NCBI GenBank assembly: GCA_009694415.1
Contig: SHUZ01000017.1
Span: 2,628 to 26,627 of the forward strand
Length of the DNA: 24,000 nucleotides
Origin: Acidimicrobiia bacterium
GTDB taxonomy: Bacteria; Actinomycetota; Acidimicrobiia; IMCC26256; JAENVU01
Direction of reading: 5' to 3'
Shown: in pieces, positions 15,622-23,743 of the stretch
Position numbering within the stretch: position 1 is the first letter of the stretch
Layout: each line of letters starts with the position of its first letter
Program-made: the position numbers and the translations under genes
The notes under the pieces: generated by a model
Told to the model about the DNA's origin: nothing
Databases searched by the model: none
The model's input: the letters and a program-made list of their open reading frames with translations, nothing else

Positions 15622-16626
15622 TCAGCTGAGCAGCAATCGTCCGAGTTGAGCTGACACGGCGGCAACAGCCGCCAAAGCCTGCTGGTAGTCCATGCGCGTC
15701 GGCCCGAGAATGCCAACGGTTCCCGCAACTTGTCCTTCGACGCGGTACGGCGCAAGGACGAGTGAACAGTCGCGGAGTTCGTCAACTTCATTTTCCGTGC
15801 CGATGCTGACATTGACGCCCTGGCCAAGCAGATCGCGCACTAGTGAAACGACAACGACCTGTTCTTCGAGCATCTCAAGTAGGCGAGCTGCGCTCTGTGC
15901 GGTAGAGAATGCTTCATGCTCCGCCGCGAGCCTGCTCGCGCCACCCACATAGAGCTCCGCTTCTGTCTCGGCGTTGTGTGCGAGTGCATTGACGGCGGAA
16001 CCGGTGAGCGTGTCGACCACTTGATCGCCGCTAGGTTCCGCAACGCCAAGTTCTCCCGCTGGCCGCGCCTGCAAAGCCGCATCGAGCAACCCCGAAGCGC
16101 GAGCAACCTGCGCTTCGGAGGCGTCGCTAGCGAGTGTGAGAACTTCCCTCGCTATAGCGCCGTTTGAAAGTACCGCCACCGCCAACACAATACGCGGCTG
16201 CAGTGAAACCAATTGCACGCTGCGGAAACGCGTCGAGTCTGCTTGGGGGCCAACAACTACTGCGGCATGACTTGTGAGGCGCGCGAGCATCTGAGATGTT
16301 TCGTGCAACAAGTCTTCGAGAGCACTATGCGCCGTATCGAAGAAATCCGAAACGACTCGGCGTTGGCCGGGGGCAAGCGCTCCCCCCGTGCAGTGATCAA
16401 CAAAGAATCGGTAGCCACGGTCGGTCGGTATACGGCCAGCGGACTTGTGCGGCTGAACGATATAACCGTCCCGCTCAAGTTGGATCATGTCGTTGCGGAC
16501 CGTTGCGCTAGAAACACCAAGCGCCCTCGAACCCGCAACGGTTTGCGACGCCACAGGTTGGGCGGTCTGGACATACTCCTCGACAATGGCTTGGAGCACA
16601 GCTGCCCGACGATCTGCGACCTCCAT
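15622..16626 (-). CDS. hrcA: Heat-inducible transcription repressor HrcA
   Basis: The N-terminal winged helix is RRAAVLQAIVEEYVQTAQPVASQ, followed by VSSATVRNDMIQLERDGYIVQPHKSAGRIPTDRGYRFFVD. The ATG at 16626 is preceded by GGAG eight nt upstream. The ORF-track start at 16680 is a GTG inside the CIRCE element, so I reject it. Confidence 0.92.
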   Translation of the reverse strand: MEVADRRAAVLQAIVEEYVQTAQPVASQTVAGSRALGVSSATVRNDMIQLERDGYIVQPHKSAGRIPTDRGYRFFVDHCTGGALAPGQRRVVSDFFDTAHSALEDLLHETSQMLARLTSHAAVVVGPQADSTRFRSVQLVSLQPRIVLAVAVLSNGAIAREVLTLASDASEAQVARASGLLDAALQARPAGELGVAEPSGDQVVDTLTGSAVNALAHNAETEAELYVGGASRLAAEHEAFSTAQSAARLLEMLEEQVVVVSLVRDLLGQGVNVSIGTENEVDELRDCSLVLAPYRVEGQVAGTVGILGPTRMDYQQALAAVAAVSAQLGRLLLS

Positions 16627-16670
16627 CACTTGTACTCCATCTGCGGCCGTCGATTGGACGGAAAGGCGGG

Positions 16671-17792
16671 CTATTGGCACTCCACTCTACCGAGTGCCAA
16701 GCGAGTGATTACCTCCGAACCAAGAAGCCGTCCGCGGCGGGTGAGAATCCAACGGTCCTCGATGCTCGTCAACAAGCCCTCCTCGGCAAGGTCGTTCCCC
16801 ACGAGATCGAGTTCCGAATCATGCGGAATGCCGGCAGCAGTTCGTAGCATGAGGGCTTGTGACTCATCACGAACTGCGGCGGCCTCTAGTCGTTCTGACC
16901 CAGCTTCGGGCGACGTGCCGTTCTGAATCGCCTCGATATATCGCTCGGGTGTGCGTACATTCCACCAGCGCCTGCCCTGCGTGTATCCGTGCGCCGCACA
17001 ACCAATAGCGAGATAGTCGGACCCGTTCCAGTATCCGAGATTGTGGCGACACTCCGCGCCTGGTTCGGACCAGTTCGATATCTCGTACCAATCGAGTCCG
17101 GCTCCGGTGAGTAAATCGTCGGCGAGTAGGTACATGTCCGCTTGCGCGTCGTCGTCTGTACCGGTTTGTAACCCATCGGCAACCGCCTTGCCGAGAGGCG
17201 TGCCGGGTTCAACAGTTAGCGCGTAGGCACTGATGTGATCTGGTCGAAGCGCGAGGGTCGCGTCGATGGTGTACTTCCAATCATCGATCGACTCGCACGA
17301 CGTGCCGTAAATGAGGTCGAGATTGATGGCGGTGATCCCCGCATCCCGAGCCCATGCGACAGAGCGTTCGACATTGTCTGGATCATGCGTACGCCCTAGC
17401 GCGCCAAGAACATCTGGAACCATCGACTGCACGCCGAACGACAGTCGGTTGACCCCAGCGCGCGCATAGGCGGCTAGCTTCGAAGCGTCAACCGAATCTG
17501 GGTTGCACTCGACAGTTACTTCGGCGTCGTTCGCGATCGGGATCACATCGATGATCTTTTGTATTGCGGGCGAATCGAGAAGCGACGGGGTTCCACCGCC
17601 GAAGAAAACCGTGTTCGCCTCAGGGAGGAGACCTGCGGTGTGCCGTTGGTTCAGATCCGTGACGCACGCATCTACATATTCATCGATTAGGTGCGCTCGG
17701 TCGGTCCACGTGGCGAAGTCGCAATAGTCGCAGCGATGCGCGCAGAACGGGATGTGGATATAGACGCCTAGTGACACACCCAACTGTCCCAC
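16671..17792 (-). CDS. hemW: Radical SAM haem chaperone HemW (HemN-like, oxygen-independent coproporphyrinogen oxidase family)
   Basis: The 373-aa ORF starts at GTG. It has the radical SAM cluster motif CAHRCDYCDF and the FFGGGTPSLL motif, with a HemN_C-like C-terminus. It sits in the conserved position between lepA and hrcA. Confidence 0.9.
   Translation of the reverse strand: MGQLGVSLGVYIHIPFCAHRCDYCDFATWTDRAHLIDEYVDACVTDLNQRHTAGLLPEANTVFFGGGTPSLLDSPAIQKIIDVIPIANDAEVTVECNPDSVDASKLAAYARAGVNRLSFGVQSMVPDVLGALGRTHDPDNVERSVAWARDAGITAINLDLIYGTSCESIDDWKYTIDATLALRPDHISAYALTVEPGTPLGKAVADGLQTGTDDDAQADMYLLADDLLTGAGLDWYEISNWSEPGAECRHNLGYWNGSDYLAIGCAAHGYTQGRRWWNVRTPERYIEAIQNGTSPEAGSERLEAAAVRDESQALMLRTAAGIPHDSELDLVGNDLAEEGLLTSIEDRWILTRRGRLLGSEVITRLALGRVECQ
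16674..16700. promoter_or_regulatory. CIRCE-type HrcA operator (perfect 9-N9-9 inverted repeat)
   Basis: The sequence TTGGCACTC-CACTCTACC-GAGTGCCAA was read directly. The established CIRCE consensus is TTAGCACTC-N9-GAGTGCTAA, so this element differs at one symmetric position per arm. It lies 47 nt upstream of the hrcA ATG. Confidence 0.85.
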
Positions 17793-17833
17793 GACTCCAG
17801 GATTCCGGCTAGTTCGCGGCTACGGTCCGCGGC

Positions 17834-18964
17834 GTGGATTTTGATCTTCCTCCCGAGGCTGAAGAGCACCGCGCCGCAGTTCGTGCGTTCCTAGATGCAG
17901 AAGCCCCCAGAGGCAAATATCCGGCTGGGTTCGCTTCTCGATTGGCACAGGCTGGCTATGTGGCACCCCACTGGCCGCTCCCCTGGGGACGAGGAGCATC
18001 GCCTGTAGAGCAATTGGTTATCGACGAGGAGTTGCGCGCAGCGAATGTGCCGAGGCCCGTGAATCCGATCGGAATCGGTTGGGCGGGACCAACATTGCTT
18101 GTCGCCGGCACAGAGGAGCAACACCAGCGGTACCTGCCAGGCATTCTCGACGGCAGTGAGATTTGGTGCCAACTATTTAGCGAACCCGGTGCAGGAAGTG
18201 ACCTCGCGTCATTGAGCACGACGGCGACCCGCGACGGCGACGAGTACGTCGTGAATGGTCAAAAAGTTTGGACAACACTCGCTCACGTCTCGAAGTACGG
18301 CATCTTGATAGCGCGTACGGACCCAGACGCCGAACAACACCGCGGCGTCAGCTACTTCGTTGTTGACATGGCATCGCCGGGGATCGAAGTGCGACCGCTC
18401 GTCCAGATGACGGGGACCCACGAATTCAATGAGGTGTTTTTCACGGATGTGCGCATCCCCGCCGAGAATCTCGTAGGCGACGAGCACGACGGTTGGCGCC
18501 TCGCGAAGGTCACGTTAGGAAACGAGCGCGTATCGCTATCGGGCGAAGGCGCGCTTTGGGGCCGTGGACCGACTGCGAACGATGTGGTGGACCTGGTGCG
18601 GGAGCACGGGGGTACGACGGATCCGTTGCTGCGCCAGAAGCTCGCGCACCTGTACACGGAGAGCGAGTTGCTGCGCCTGATCCGGCTCCGAACTGTTTCG
18701 GCCGTCGTAAAGGGAATGGAGCCCGGGCCAGAGGCAAGTGTGCGTAAGGCAATCTCGGATGAGCACGGGCAACACGTGATGGAGTTGGCGAAAGAACTTG
18801 CTGGCACGCATGGGATGTTGTCCGACTTTGGACCGTACGCGAAACCGGACGTGATGTGGCAGTACGGATATTTGTATGCGCGGGCACTGACGATTGGCGG
18901 GGGCACAAGCGAAGTGCAGCGAAACATCCTGGGCGAACGAGTACTAGGCCTACCGCGCGATTAG
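17834..18964 (+). CDS. Acyl-CoA dehydrogenase family protein (FadE-like)
   Basis: The 376-aa ORF starts at GTG. Motifs are CQLFSEPGAGSDLASL, NGQKVWTT, and the C-terminal catalytic-base region GGGTSEVQRNILGERVLGLP. The substrate cannot be inferred. Confidence 0.9.
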   Translation: MDFDLPPEAEEHRAAVRAFLDAEAPRGKYPAGFASRLAQAGYVAPHWPLPWGRGASPVEQLVIDEELRAANVPRPVNPIGIGWAGPTLLVAGTEEQHQRYLPGILDGSEIWCQLFSEPGAGSDLASLSTTATRDGDEYVVNGQKVWTTLAHVSKYGILIARTDPDAEQHRGVSYFVVDMASPGIEVRPLVQMTGTHEFNEVFFTDVRIPAENLVGDEHDGWRLAKVTLGNERVSLSGEGALWGRGPTANDVVDLVREHGGTTDPLLRQKLAHLYTESELLRLIRLRTVSAVVKGMEPGPEASVRKAISDEHGQHVMELAKELAGTHGMLSDFGPYAKPDVMWQYGYLYARALTIGGGTSEVQRNILGERVLGLPRD

Positions 18965-18994
18965 CGACGCGCCACGACCCTGTTTCGGCGCTCG

Positions 18995-20779
18995 TCAGTC
19001 GTCGAGTTTTAGTGCTGCTACGAACGCTTCTTGGGGTACCTCGACGCTGCCGATCTGTTTCATGCGCTTCTTGCCTTCCTTCTGGCGATCCAACAATTTG
19101 CGCTTACGCGTTATGTCGCCGCCGTAACACTTTGCGAGCACGTCTTTGCGTTTCGCCTTCACTGTCTCCCTGGCGATGATGCGTCCGCCGATCGCCGCTT
19201 GGATCGGCACGTCAAACAGTTGCCTCGGAATCAACTCTCGCAATTTCTGGCTCATGCGACGTCCGTAATCGTAAGCACGCTCGTTATGCACGATTGAACT
19301 GAACGCATCTACCGGCACGCCATTCAGCATGATGTCGACCTTGACAAGCTTCGACTGCCGATAGCCAGCGGGCTCGTAATCGAGCGATGCGTATCCGCGG
19401 CTGCGCGACTTCATCTGGTCGAAAAAGTCCATCACGATCTCGGCGAGTGGAACCACATAGACCAGTTCCACGCGTTCCTCCGAGATGTATTCCATCTTGG
19501 TCATCTCGGCACGTTTTGATTGAGCGAGGTCCATAAGCGGACCAACGAACTCTGTCGGTGTGAGAATTGTGATCGTCACATACGGCTCTTCGATTGACGC
19601 GATCTCCGCGGGGTCCGGCATAGCAGAGGGGTTGTCAACGACCGCCACTTCGCCGGACGTCGTATGCGCGAGGTACTCAACATTCGGCGCAGTCGCTACC
19701 AGCGAAAGGTCATATTCGCGTTCGAGCCGTTCACGCACAATCTCCATGTGGAGCAACCCGAGGAATCCGCACCGAAAACCGAATCCGAGCGCGCCGGATG
19801 TCTCTGGCTCATAAGTCACGCTCGAGTCATTGAGGCTAAGTCGCTCTAGGGCTTCACGCAGGTCCGCGTATTCGTCGCCGACAACCGGATACAAGCCACA
19901 GAACACCATCGGTTTCGGATGGCGATACCCCGCAAGGACGGCACCGGGGCGCGCCGCGTCCGTAACGGTCTCACCGACCCGCGCTTCGCCAACATCTTTG
20001 ATTCCCGCCACCAGGTAACCAACCTCGCCAGGGCCGAGAGAGGTGACCGGCGTCGGAACGGGAAGGCGCGTACCGATCTCTTCGGCATCATGTGTTGCGT
20101 TCGCTTGGAGAAACCTCAAGCGCTGTCCCGAAGTGAGCGTGCCGTTGAATACCCTGACCGCGCTGATCACGCCGCGGTACGGGTCGTAGTGCGAATCGAA
20201 AATGAGTGCTTGTAGGCCGGCAGTGTCATCGCAGGTAGGTGCAGGAATCTTTGCCAAGACCGCATCGAGCAATTCGACAATGCCTTCGCCAGTCTTGGCG
20301 GAGATACGCAAGACATCTTCTGCGGGCAGCCCAAGAACACGTTCGATTTCTTCGCACACTCGGTCTGGATCTGCGGCAGGCAAGTCAATCTTGTTGACGG
20401 CCGCCACGATCGCCAAGTTGCTCTCCACTGCCAGGTAACAGTTGGCGAGCGTTTGCGCTTCAATCCCCTGGCTGGCATCGACGAGCAAAATCACGCCTTC
20501 GCATGCGGCCAGACTGCGACTCACTTCGTAACCAAAGTCGACGTGTCCTGGCGTGTCGATCAGGTTGATTACATGGTCATGCCAGAACAGACGCACGTTC
20601 TGGGCCTTGATCGTGATGCCCCGTTCACGTTCGATATCCATGGAGTCGAGGTACTGAGCCCGCATATCCCTGGCATCAACCGCACCGGTCAATTCGAGCA
20701 GGCGGTCTGCCAGGGTGCTCTTGCCGTGGTCGATGTGGGCGATGATCGCGAGGTTGCGAAGACGGTCTAACTGAATCAC
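18995..20779 (-). CDS. lepA: Translation elongation factor 4 (LepA)
   Basis: The 594-aa ORF starts at GTG. GTPase motifs are [17 protein letters not shown] and NKIDL. The characteristic LepA C-terminal domain ends [25 protein letters not shown]. Confidence 0.97.
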   Translation of the reverse strand: MIQLDRLRNLAIIAHIDHGKSTLADRLLELTGAVDARDMRAQYLDSMDIERERGITIKAQNVRLFWHDHVINLIDTPGHVDFGYEVSRSLAACEGVILLVDASQGIEAQTLANCYLAVESNLAIVAAVNKIDLPAADPDRVCEEIERVLGLPAEDVLRISAKTGEGIVELLDAVLAKIPAPTCDDTAGLQALIFDSHYDPYRGVISAVRVFNGTLTSGQRLRFLQANATHDAEEIGTRLPVPTPVTSLGPGEVGYLVAGIKDVGEARVGETVTDAARPGAVLAGYRHPKPMVFCGLYPVVGDEYADLREALERLSLNDSSVTYEPETSGALGFGFRCGFLGLLHMEIVRERLEREYDLSLVATAPNVEYLAHTTSGEVAVVDNPSAMPDPAEIASIEEPYVTITILTPTEFVGPLMDLAQSKRAEMTKMEYISEERVELVYVVPLAEIVMDFFDQMKSRSRGYASLDYEPAGYRQSKLVKVDIMLNGVPVDAFSSIVHNERAYDYGRRMSQKLRELIPRQLFDVPIQAAIGGRIIARETVKAKRKDVLAKCYGGDITRKRKLLDRQKEGKKRMKQIGSVEVPQEAFVAALKLDD

Positions 20780-20899
20780 CGCGCCATTCTCGCCGCTTCA
20801 GCGCCGCGAGCGCCGAATGTAGCGACGAACGGAGTGATCTGAGCGCCGACTGCTACGATCCTCGGGTTCCTAGAACGCCCTCTGGAGTCTTAACGCGCT

Positions 20900-21163
20900 G
20901 TGGCAAACATAAAAAGTCAGAAGAAGCGGAACCGCCAGAACGAGAAGCGTCGCGTCGTCAATGTCGCGGTGCGCTCCGAGCTGAAGACCCGCACCAAGTC
21001 CGCTCGCCGCGCAATTGCCGAGGTAAGCGAAAACATGGGCGTAACCGTTGTCGCCGCACAGAAGCGCATCGACAAGGCAAGCGCCAAAGGCACGATCCAC
21101 AAGAACCAGGCCGCACGCCGAACCTCGCGCCTTATGAAAGCAGCGAACAAAGCCGCTTCATAG
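20900..21163 (+). CDS. rpsT: 30S ribosomal protein S20
   Basis: The 87-aa basic ORF starts at GTG. The N-terminus ANIKSQKKRNRQNEKRR and the HKNQAARRTSRL motif are typical of bS20. Confidence 0.95.
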   Translation: MANIKSQKKRNRQNEKRRVVNVAVRSELKTRTKSARRAIAEVSENMGVTVVAAQKRIDKASAKGTIHKNQAARRTSRLMKAANKAAS

Positions 21164-21176
21164 TCACTGGGTAAAC

Positions 21177-21218
21177 GGCTGGTGGTTAGAGGCTGGTGGT
21201 TAGAGGCCGGTGGTCACA
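21177..21218. repeat. Three tandem copies of a 14-nt unit (GGCTGGTGGTTAGA twice perfect, then GGCCGGTGGTCACA at 11/14)
   Basis: Read directly from the sequence. The copies are at 21177-21190, 21191-21204 and 21205-21218. The repeat lies between the convergent rpsT and holA stops, and the third copy includes the holA stop codon (21214-21216). Confidence 0.9.
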
Positions 21219-22314
21219 GTCGTGCGCCTTCGCGCGGTCGAGTTTTTCTGCCACTCCCGCTCCGACCGTGCAACGCTGCTAGTCGCGCAACCAGCACTTC
21301 GATCACGGCGTCACCGCTAAGTGCGGTAGCACCCTTCAAGTCGAGATCGGCTTGATGCAACAGATCGACTGCCTGACGCATGCCTTCGATTCCAAGCGAG
21401 CGAGAAGCCGAGAGTGCTTTTTTCGCGGGGAACGAGCTTCCTTTACCGCCGAGCGCGGCATGTGCGTCTTCAGTGGTGCGAATCGATGGATCGTCTAGGC
21501 GCAGAAACCGTCTGTAACGGCCCGCCAAAATGGCGAGTACCTGCAGCGGATGGAGCGGCTTCGGTTGTCGCGGGCTTGTAACGGTAAGCAGCCGATTCAA
21601 GGTCTCAAGCGCGCTGGCAACATCGCCTTCTTCGATGGCATTGGTCAACATATACGTAGGCACCGATCCGGTGTCCCCGAGGTACGGCTCGACGTCGGCG
21701 GCCGTCAATGTGACACCGGGTCCGAACGTGGCGGCTAACAAATCGAGCAGCGCGGGCAACCTCCCGGCATCTTCTCCAAGATGCTCGGTTACCAACTTGG
21801 AAGCGTCGTTGCGAAACGACAAACCGACGCGGGCTAACTCTGTGACCAAAACGTCTTGGGTCTTTTCCGAATCGGCACCAACCACTTCCGCGCTCTTCAA
21901 GGCGTCCGCCAAGTTTTTAGCGACACGTCCTGTCCCTGCAACAAACACGAGGTCGGTCGTATCCAACAAAGAGTCGAGCGCCGTAACAACTGGCTCAGCA
22001 TCCACAACGGTCAACTGGCCGTGGTCGTACACCACGACAATCCGTTTCGCCGTCATGAAGGGCGGGCTCTGCGCGGCATTCACAATGCCGGACACGACTG
22101 ATGATTCTCCGCCAGCCCTGCCGTCGTCTGTACCGCCACTATCACTGGGCGGTACAACGACATCGCCATCACCGTCCGTCCCCGATCCTTTGGGAACGGT
22201 GAACGTCTCCACGACGAGTCCACGGTCTTCATCGCCGACCAACCTGTCAAGTAGGTCACCGAGAACCTGAGACCGAAGCGCTGGGTCGGTCACCTTCACC
22301 ACGTATGCCGCCAC
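21214..22314 (-). CDS. holA: DNA polymerase III subunit delta (HolA)
   Basis: The overall delta-like pattern is present: AAYVVKVTDPALR, SPPFMTAKRIVVV, TYMLTNAIEEGDVASALETLNRLL and HPLQVLAILAGRYRRFLRL. The gene sits in the conserved comEC-holA / rpsT position. The first 25 codons from the ORF-track ATG at 22389 read through the comEC 3-prime end and are Arg-rich junk. The GTG at 22314 is my best guess for the start, but several in-frame GTGs follow it (22302, 22299, 22293). Confidence 0.8.
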   Translation of the reverse strand: MAAYVVKVTDPALRSQVLGDLLDRLVGDEDRGLVVETFTVPKGSGTDGDGDVVVPPSDSGGTDDGRAGGESSVVSGIVNAAQSPPFMTAKRIVVVYDHGQLTVVDAEPVVTALDSLLDTTDLVFVAGTGRVAKNLADALKSAEVVGADSEKTQDVLVTELARVGLSFRNDASKLVTEHLGEDAGRLPALLDLLAATFGPGVTLTAADVEPYLGDTGSVPTYMLTNAIEEGDVASALETLNRLLTVTSPRQPKPLHPLQVLAILAGRYRRFLRLDDPSIRTTEDAHAALGGKGSSFPAKKALSASRSLGIEGMRQAVDLLHQADLDLKGATALSGDAVIEVLVARLAALHGRSGSGRKTRPREGARL

Positions 22315-23743
22315 GGGTCTGGAGCCTAACGACCCGAACGGCTCCCACGATTGCCGCAACCGACAAGGTTGCCCACGCACCCCGCGCATCGATCGCGAGC
22401 GGATGGACGGCCGCGACAGATGCCACGGTGCGAATCCAACGAACCAGCGTGAAGGTTGGGAGTTGGAGGATCCATGGCGCGCCTGGACCGAGTACTCCGG
22501 TCACTGCCCCGCCAATGGCGCCTGTTATTAGGCCCCAGACCGTGAGCGGCCCAACGACTGGAGCAGCGAGAAGGTTTGCAAGCAACGCAACGAGAGGCAC
22601 CGTACCGAACACCGGGAGCAGGATGGGGGTTACCCCCAATTGGGCTCCCATGGTCGTTGCTATTGCTTCACGAAGGACCGGTGGACCACACAGTCGCGCG
22701 GCGATCCAGGGACTGATCCAAATAATTCCTGCGCATGCCGCCGATGAAAGTAAGAAGCCGACGGAATGCAAAAGGAACGGGTCGGCAAGAAGCAATGCCG
22801 TGACCGCAAGTGTTAGAACGCGTGCACCCGTGGCGGGACGACCTACGTACGTAGCGAACATCACGAGCGTTGCCATCGCTACTGCGCGCAACACCGACGG
22901 TTCCCACCTAGTCATCGTGCCGAATATCAGCAGCACAATGCACCCTCCGGCGAAACGCGTGCCGAGCCCGAAGCGCCGCAAAACGGGTCCTGCGAGTGCG
23001 AGTACGAAAGCGACATTGGCACCGCTTACTGCGAGCAGATGACCGAGCCCCGACGAACGAAAGTCGTCCACCACTTGTTCAGGAACAGAGCGCGTGTCGC
23101 CAAGCAGGAAACCGGCCAACAGGGATCGTTCCGTGGGTGGCAAAACACTTGTTCCGCGCAACACAGTTTCCCGCAGATAGTTCGCCAGTCTCGCTACCGG
23201 GTTGGTCGGTCCAGAAAATGAGATCAATTCATTGACGCGCACGCGAGCTACTGCATGACGCCAACGGAGGCGCGCGTCGTAACCCTCGAGAGGTTCGAGG
23301 GTTCCGTCGATAGTCAGCATGTCGCCCGATTCGAGCACCCGAAGGCGTGATGCGTCATCGCCGCCGGCAACCGCCACGACCGTGCGGCCACCGGCACCGG
23401 TTCCATCGAAACTCGCAACGCGCATGAGAGCGTGAGCAACAAAACGCGGTCCCGAGGGGTCTTCTACGAGCGTTCCCACGAGGTGGCTAGAGCGGTATTG
23501 CGTTGCCGGGGCGCGAAGCGGTGAACTCTCGATTCCATCAAGTGCGCGTTGCATGCATGCTGTGGCAAGGAATGCAACCGCTAACACAGCGATTATCACT
23601 CCACCACGACCCCGGAAAATGTACGCGAGCACGACGAGGGCAATGCCGGTCAGCATCGGCATAACCGCATCGGAGGGACCGAACCGTTCGCCGATCATCA
23701 ACCCGCTGAGAACGCCCAGAAGTATTGCTAGCGGTCCCGTCAC
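22256..23743 (-). CDS. comEC: ComEC/Rec2-family DNA internalisation channel protein (N-terminal OB/DUF4131-like region plus Competence domain, no metallo-beta-lactamase domain)
   Basis: The 495-aa polytopic membrane protein has the GLGHLLAVSGANVAFVL motif typical of the ComEC competence domain. Its GTG start overlaps the comEA stop (GTGA). The protein ends after the TM domain, so no C-terminal MBL domain is encoded. Confidence 0.85.
   Translation of the reverse strand: MTGPLAILLGVLSGLMIGERFGPSDAVMPMLTGIALVVLAYIFRGRGGVIIAVLAVAFLATACMQRALDGIESSPLRAPATQYRSSHLVGTLVEDPSGPRFVAHALMRVASFDGTGAGGRTVVAVAGGDDASRLRVLESGDMLTIDGTLEPLEGYDARLRWRHAVARVRVNELISFSGPTNPVARLANYLRETVLRGTSVLPPTERSLLAGFLLGDTRSVPEQVVDDFRSSGLGHLLAVSGANVAFVLALAGPVLRRFGLGTRFAGGCIVLLIFGTMTRWEPSVLRAVAMATLVMFATYVGRPATGARVLTLAVTALLLADPFLLHSVGFLLSSAACAGIIWISPWIAARLCGPPVLREAIATTMGAQLGVTPILLPVFGTVPLVALLANLLAAPVVGPLTVWGLITGAIGGAVTGVLGPGAPWILQLPTFTLVRWIRTVASVAAVHPLAIDARGAWATLSVAAIVGAVRVVRLQTRGGIRGEGDRPSASVSGSR

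Noticed and set aside
16627-16680. A longer hrcA start (GTG at 16680).
   Set aside because: This start codon lies inside the left arm of the CIRCE operator and overlaps hemW. The ATG at 16626 has a GGAG at proper spacing and gives the canonical HrcA N-terminus.
13813-16926. Plus-strand ORFs lie antisense to rsmE (13813-14394), dnaJ (14816-15175 and others) and hrcA (16213-16926, 237 aa).
   Set aside because: The reasoning is the same. The minus-strand genes have unambiguous family motifs, and the antisense translations are compositionally biased and featureless.
18965-18994. A possible bidirectional terminator hairpin between the convergent acyl-CoA dehydrogenase and lepA genes (CGAcGCGCC ... 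GGCGCTCG).
   Set aside because: The stem needs a bulge, the loop is about 13 nt, and there is no adjacent U-tract on either strand. The evidence is too weak to call it a feature.
20808-20849. The 9-nt direct repeat GAGCGCCGA occurs at 20808-20816 and 20841-20849, 33 nt apart, in the lepA / rpsT divergent spacer. A TACGAT hexamer lies at 20853-20858.
   Set aside because: GCGCC-type words recur throughout this GC-rich spacer, so a 9-mer match is weak evidence. The promoter assignment would be guesswork without transcription-start data.
21178-21199. Interpreting the two GCTGGTGG octamers as functional Chi recombination hotspots.
   Set aside because: Chi is species-specific. The E. coli octamer is recognised by enterobacterial RecBCD, and the host here appears actinobacterial. 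A G-rich 8-mer inside a slippage repeat can easily arise by chance. I kept it only as a cheap genome-wide test in the findings.
21530-23042. Two long plus-strand ORFs lie antisense to holA (21530-22270, 246 aa) and comEC (22305-23042, 245 aa).
   Set aside because: They are Ser/Thr/Pro/Ala/Arg-rich low-complexity translations without start-site context or motifs. This is expected from the complementary strand of GC3-rich genes.
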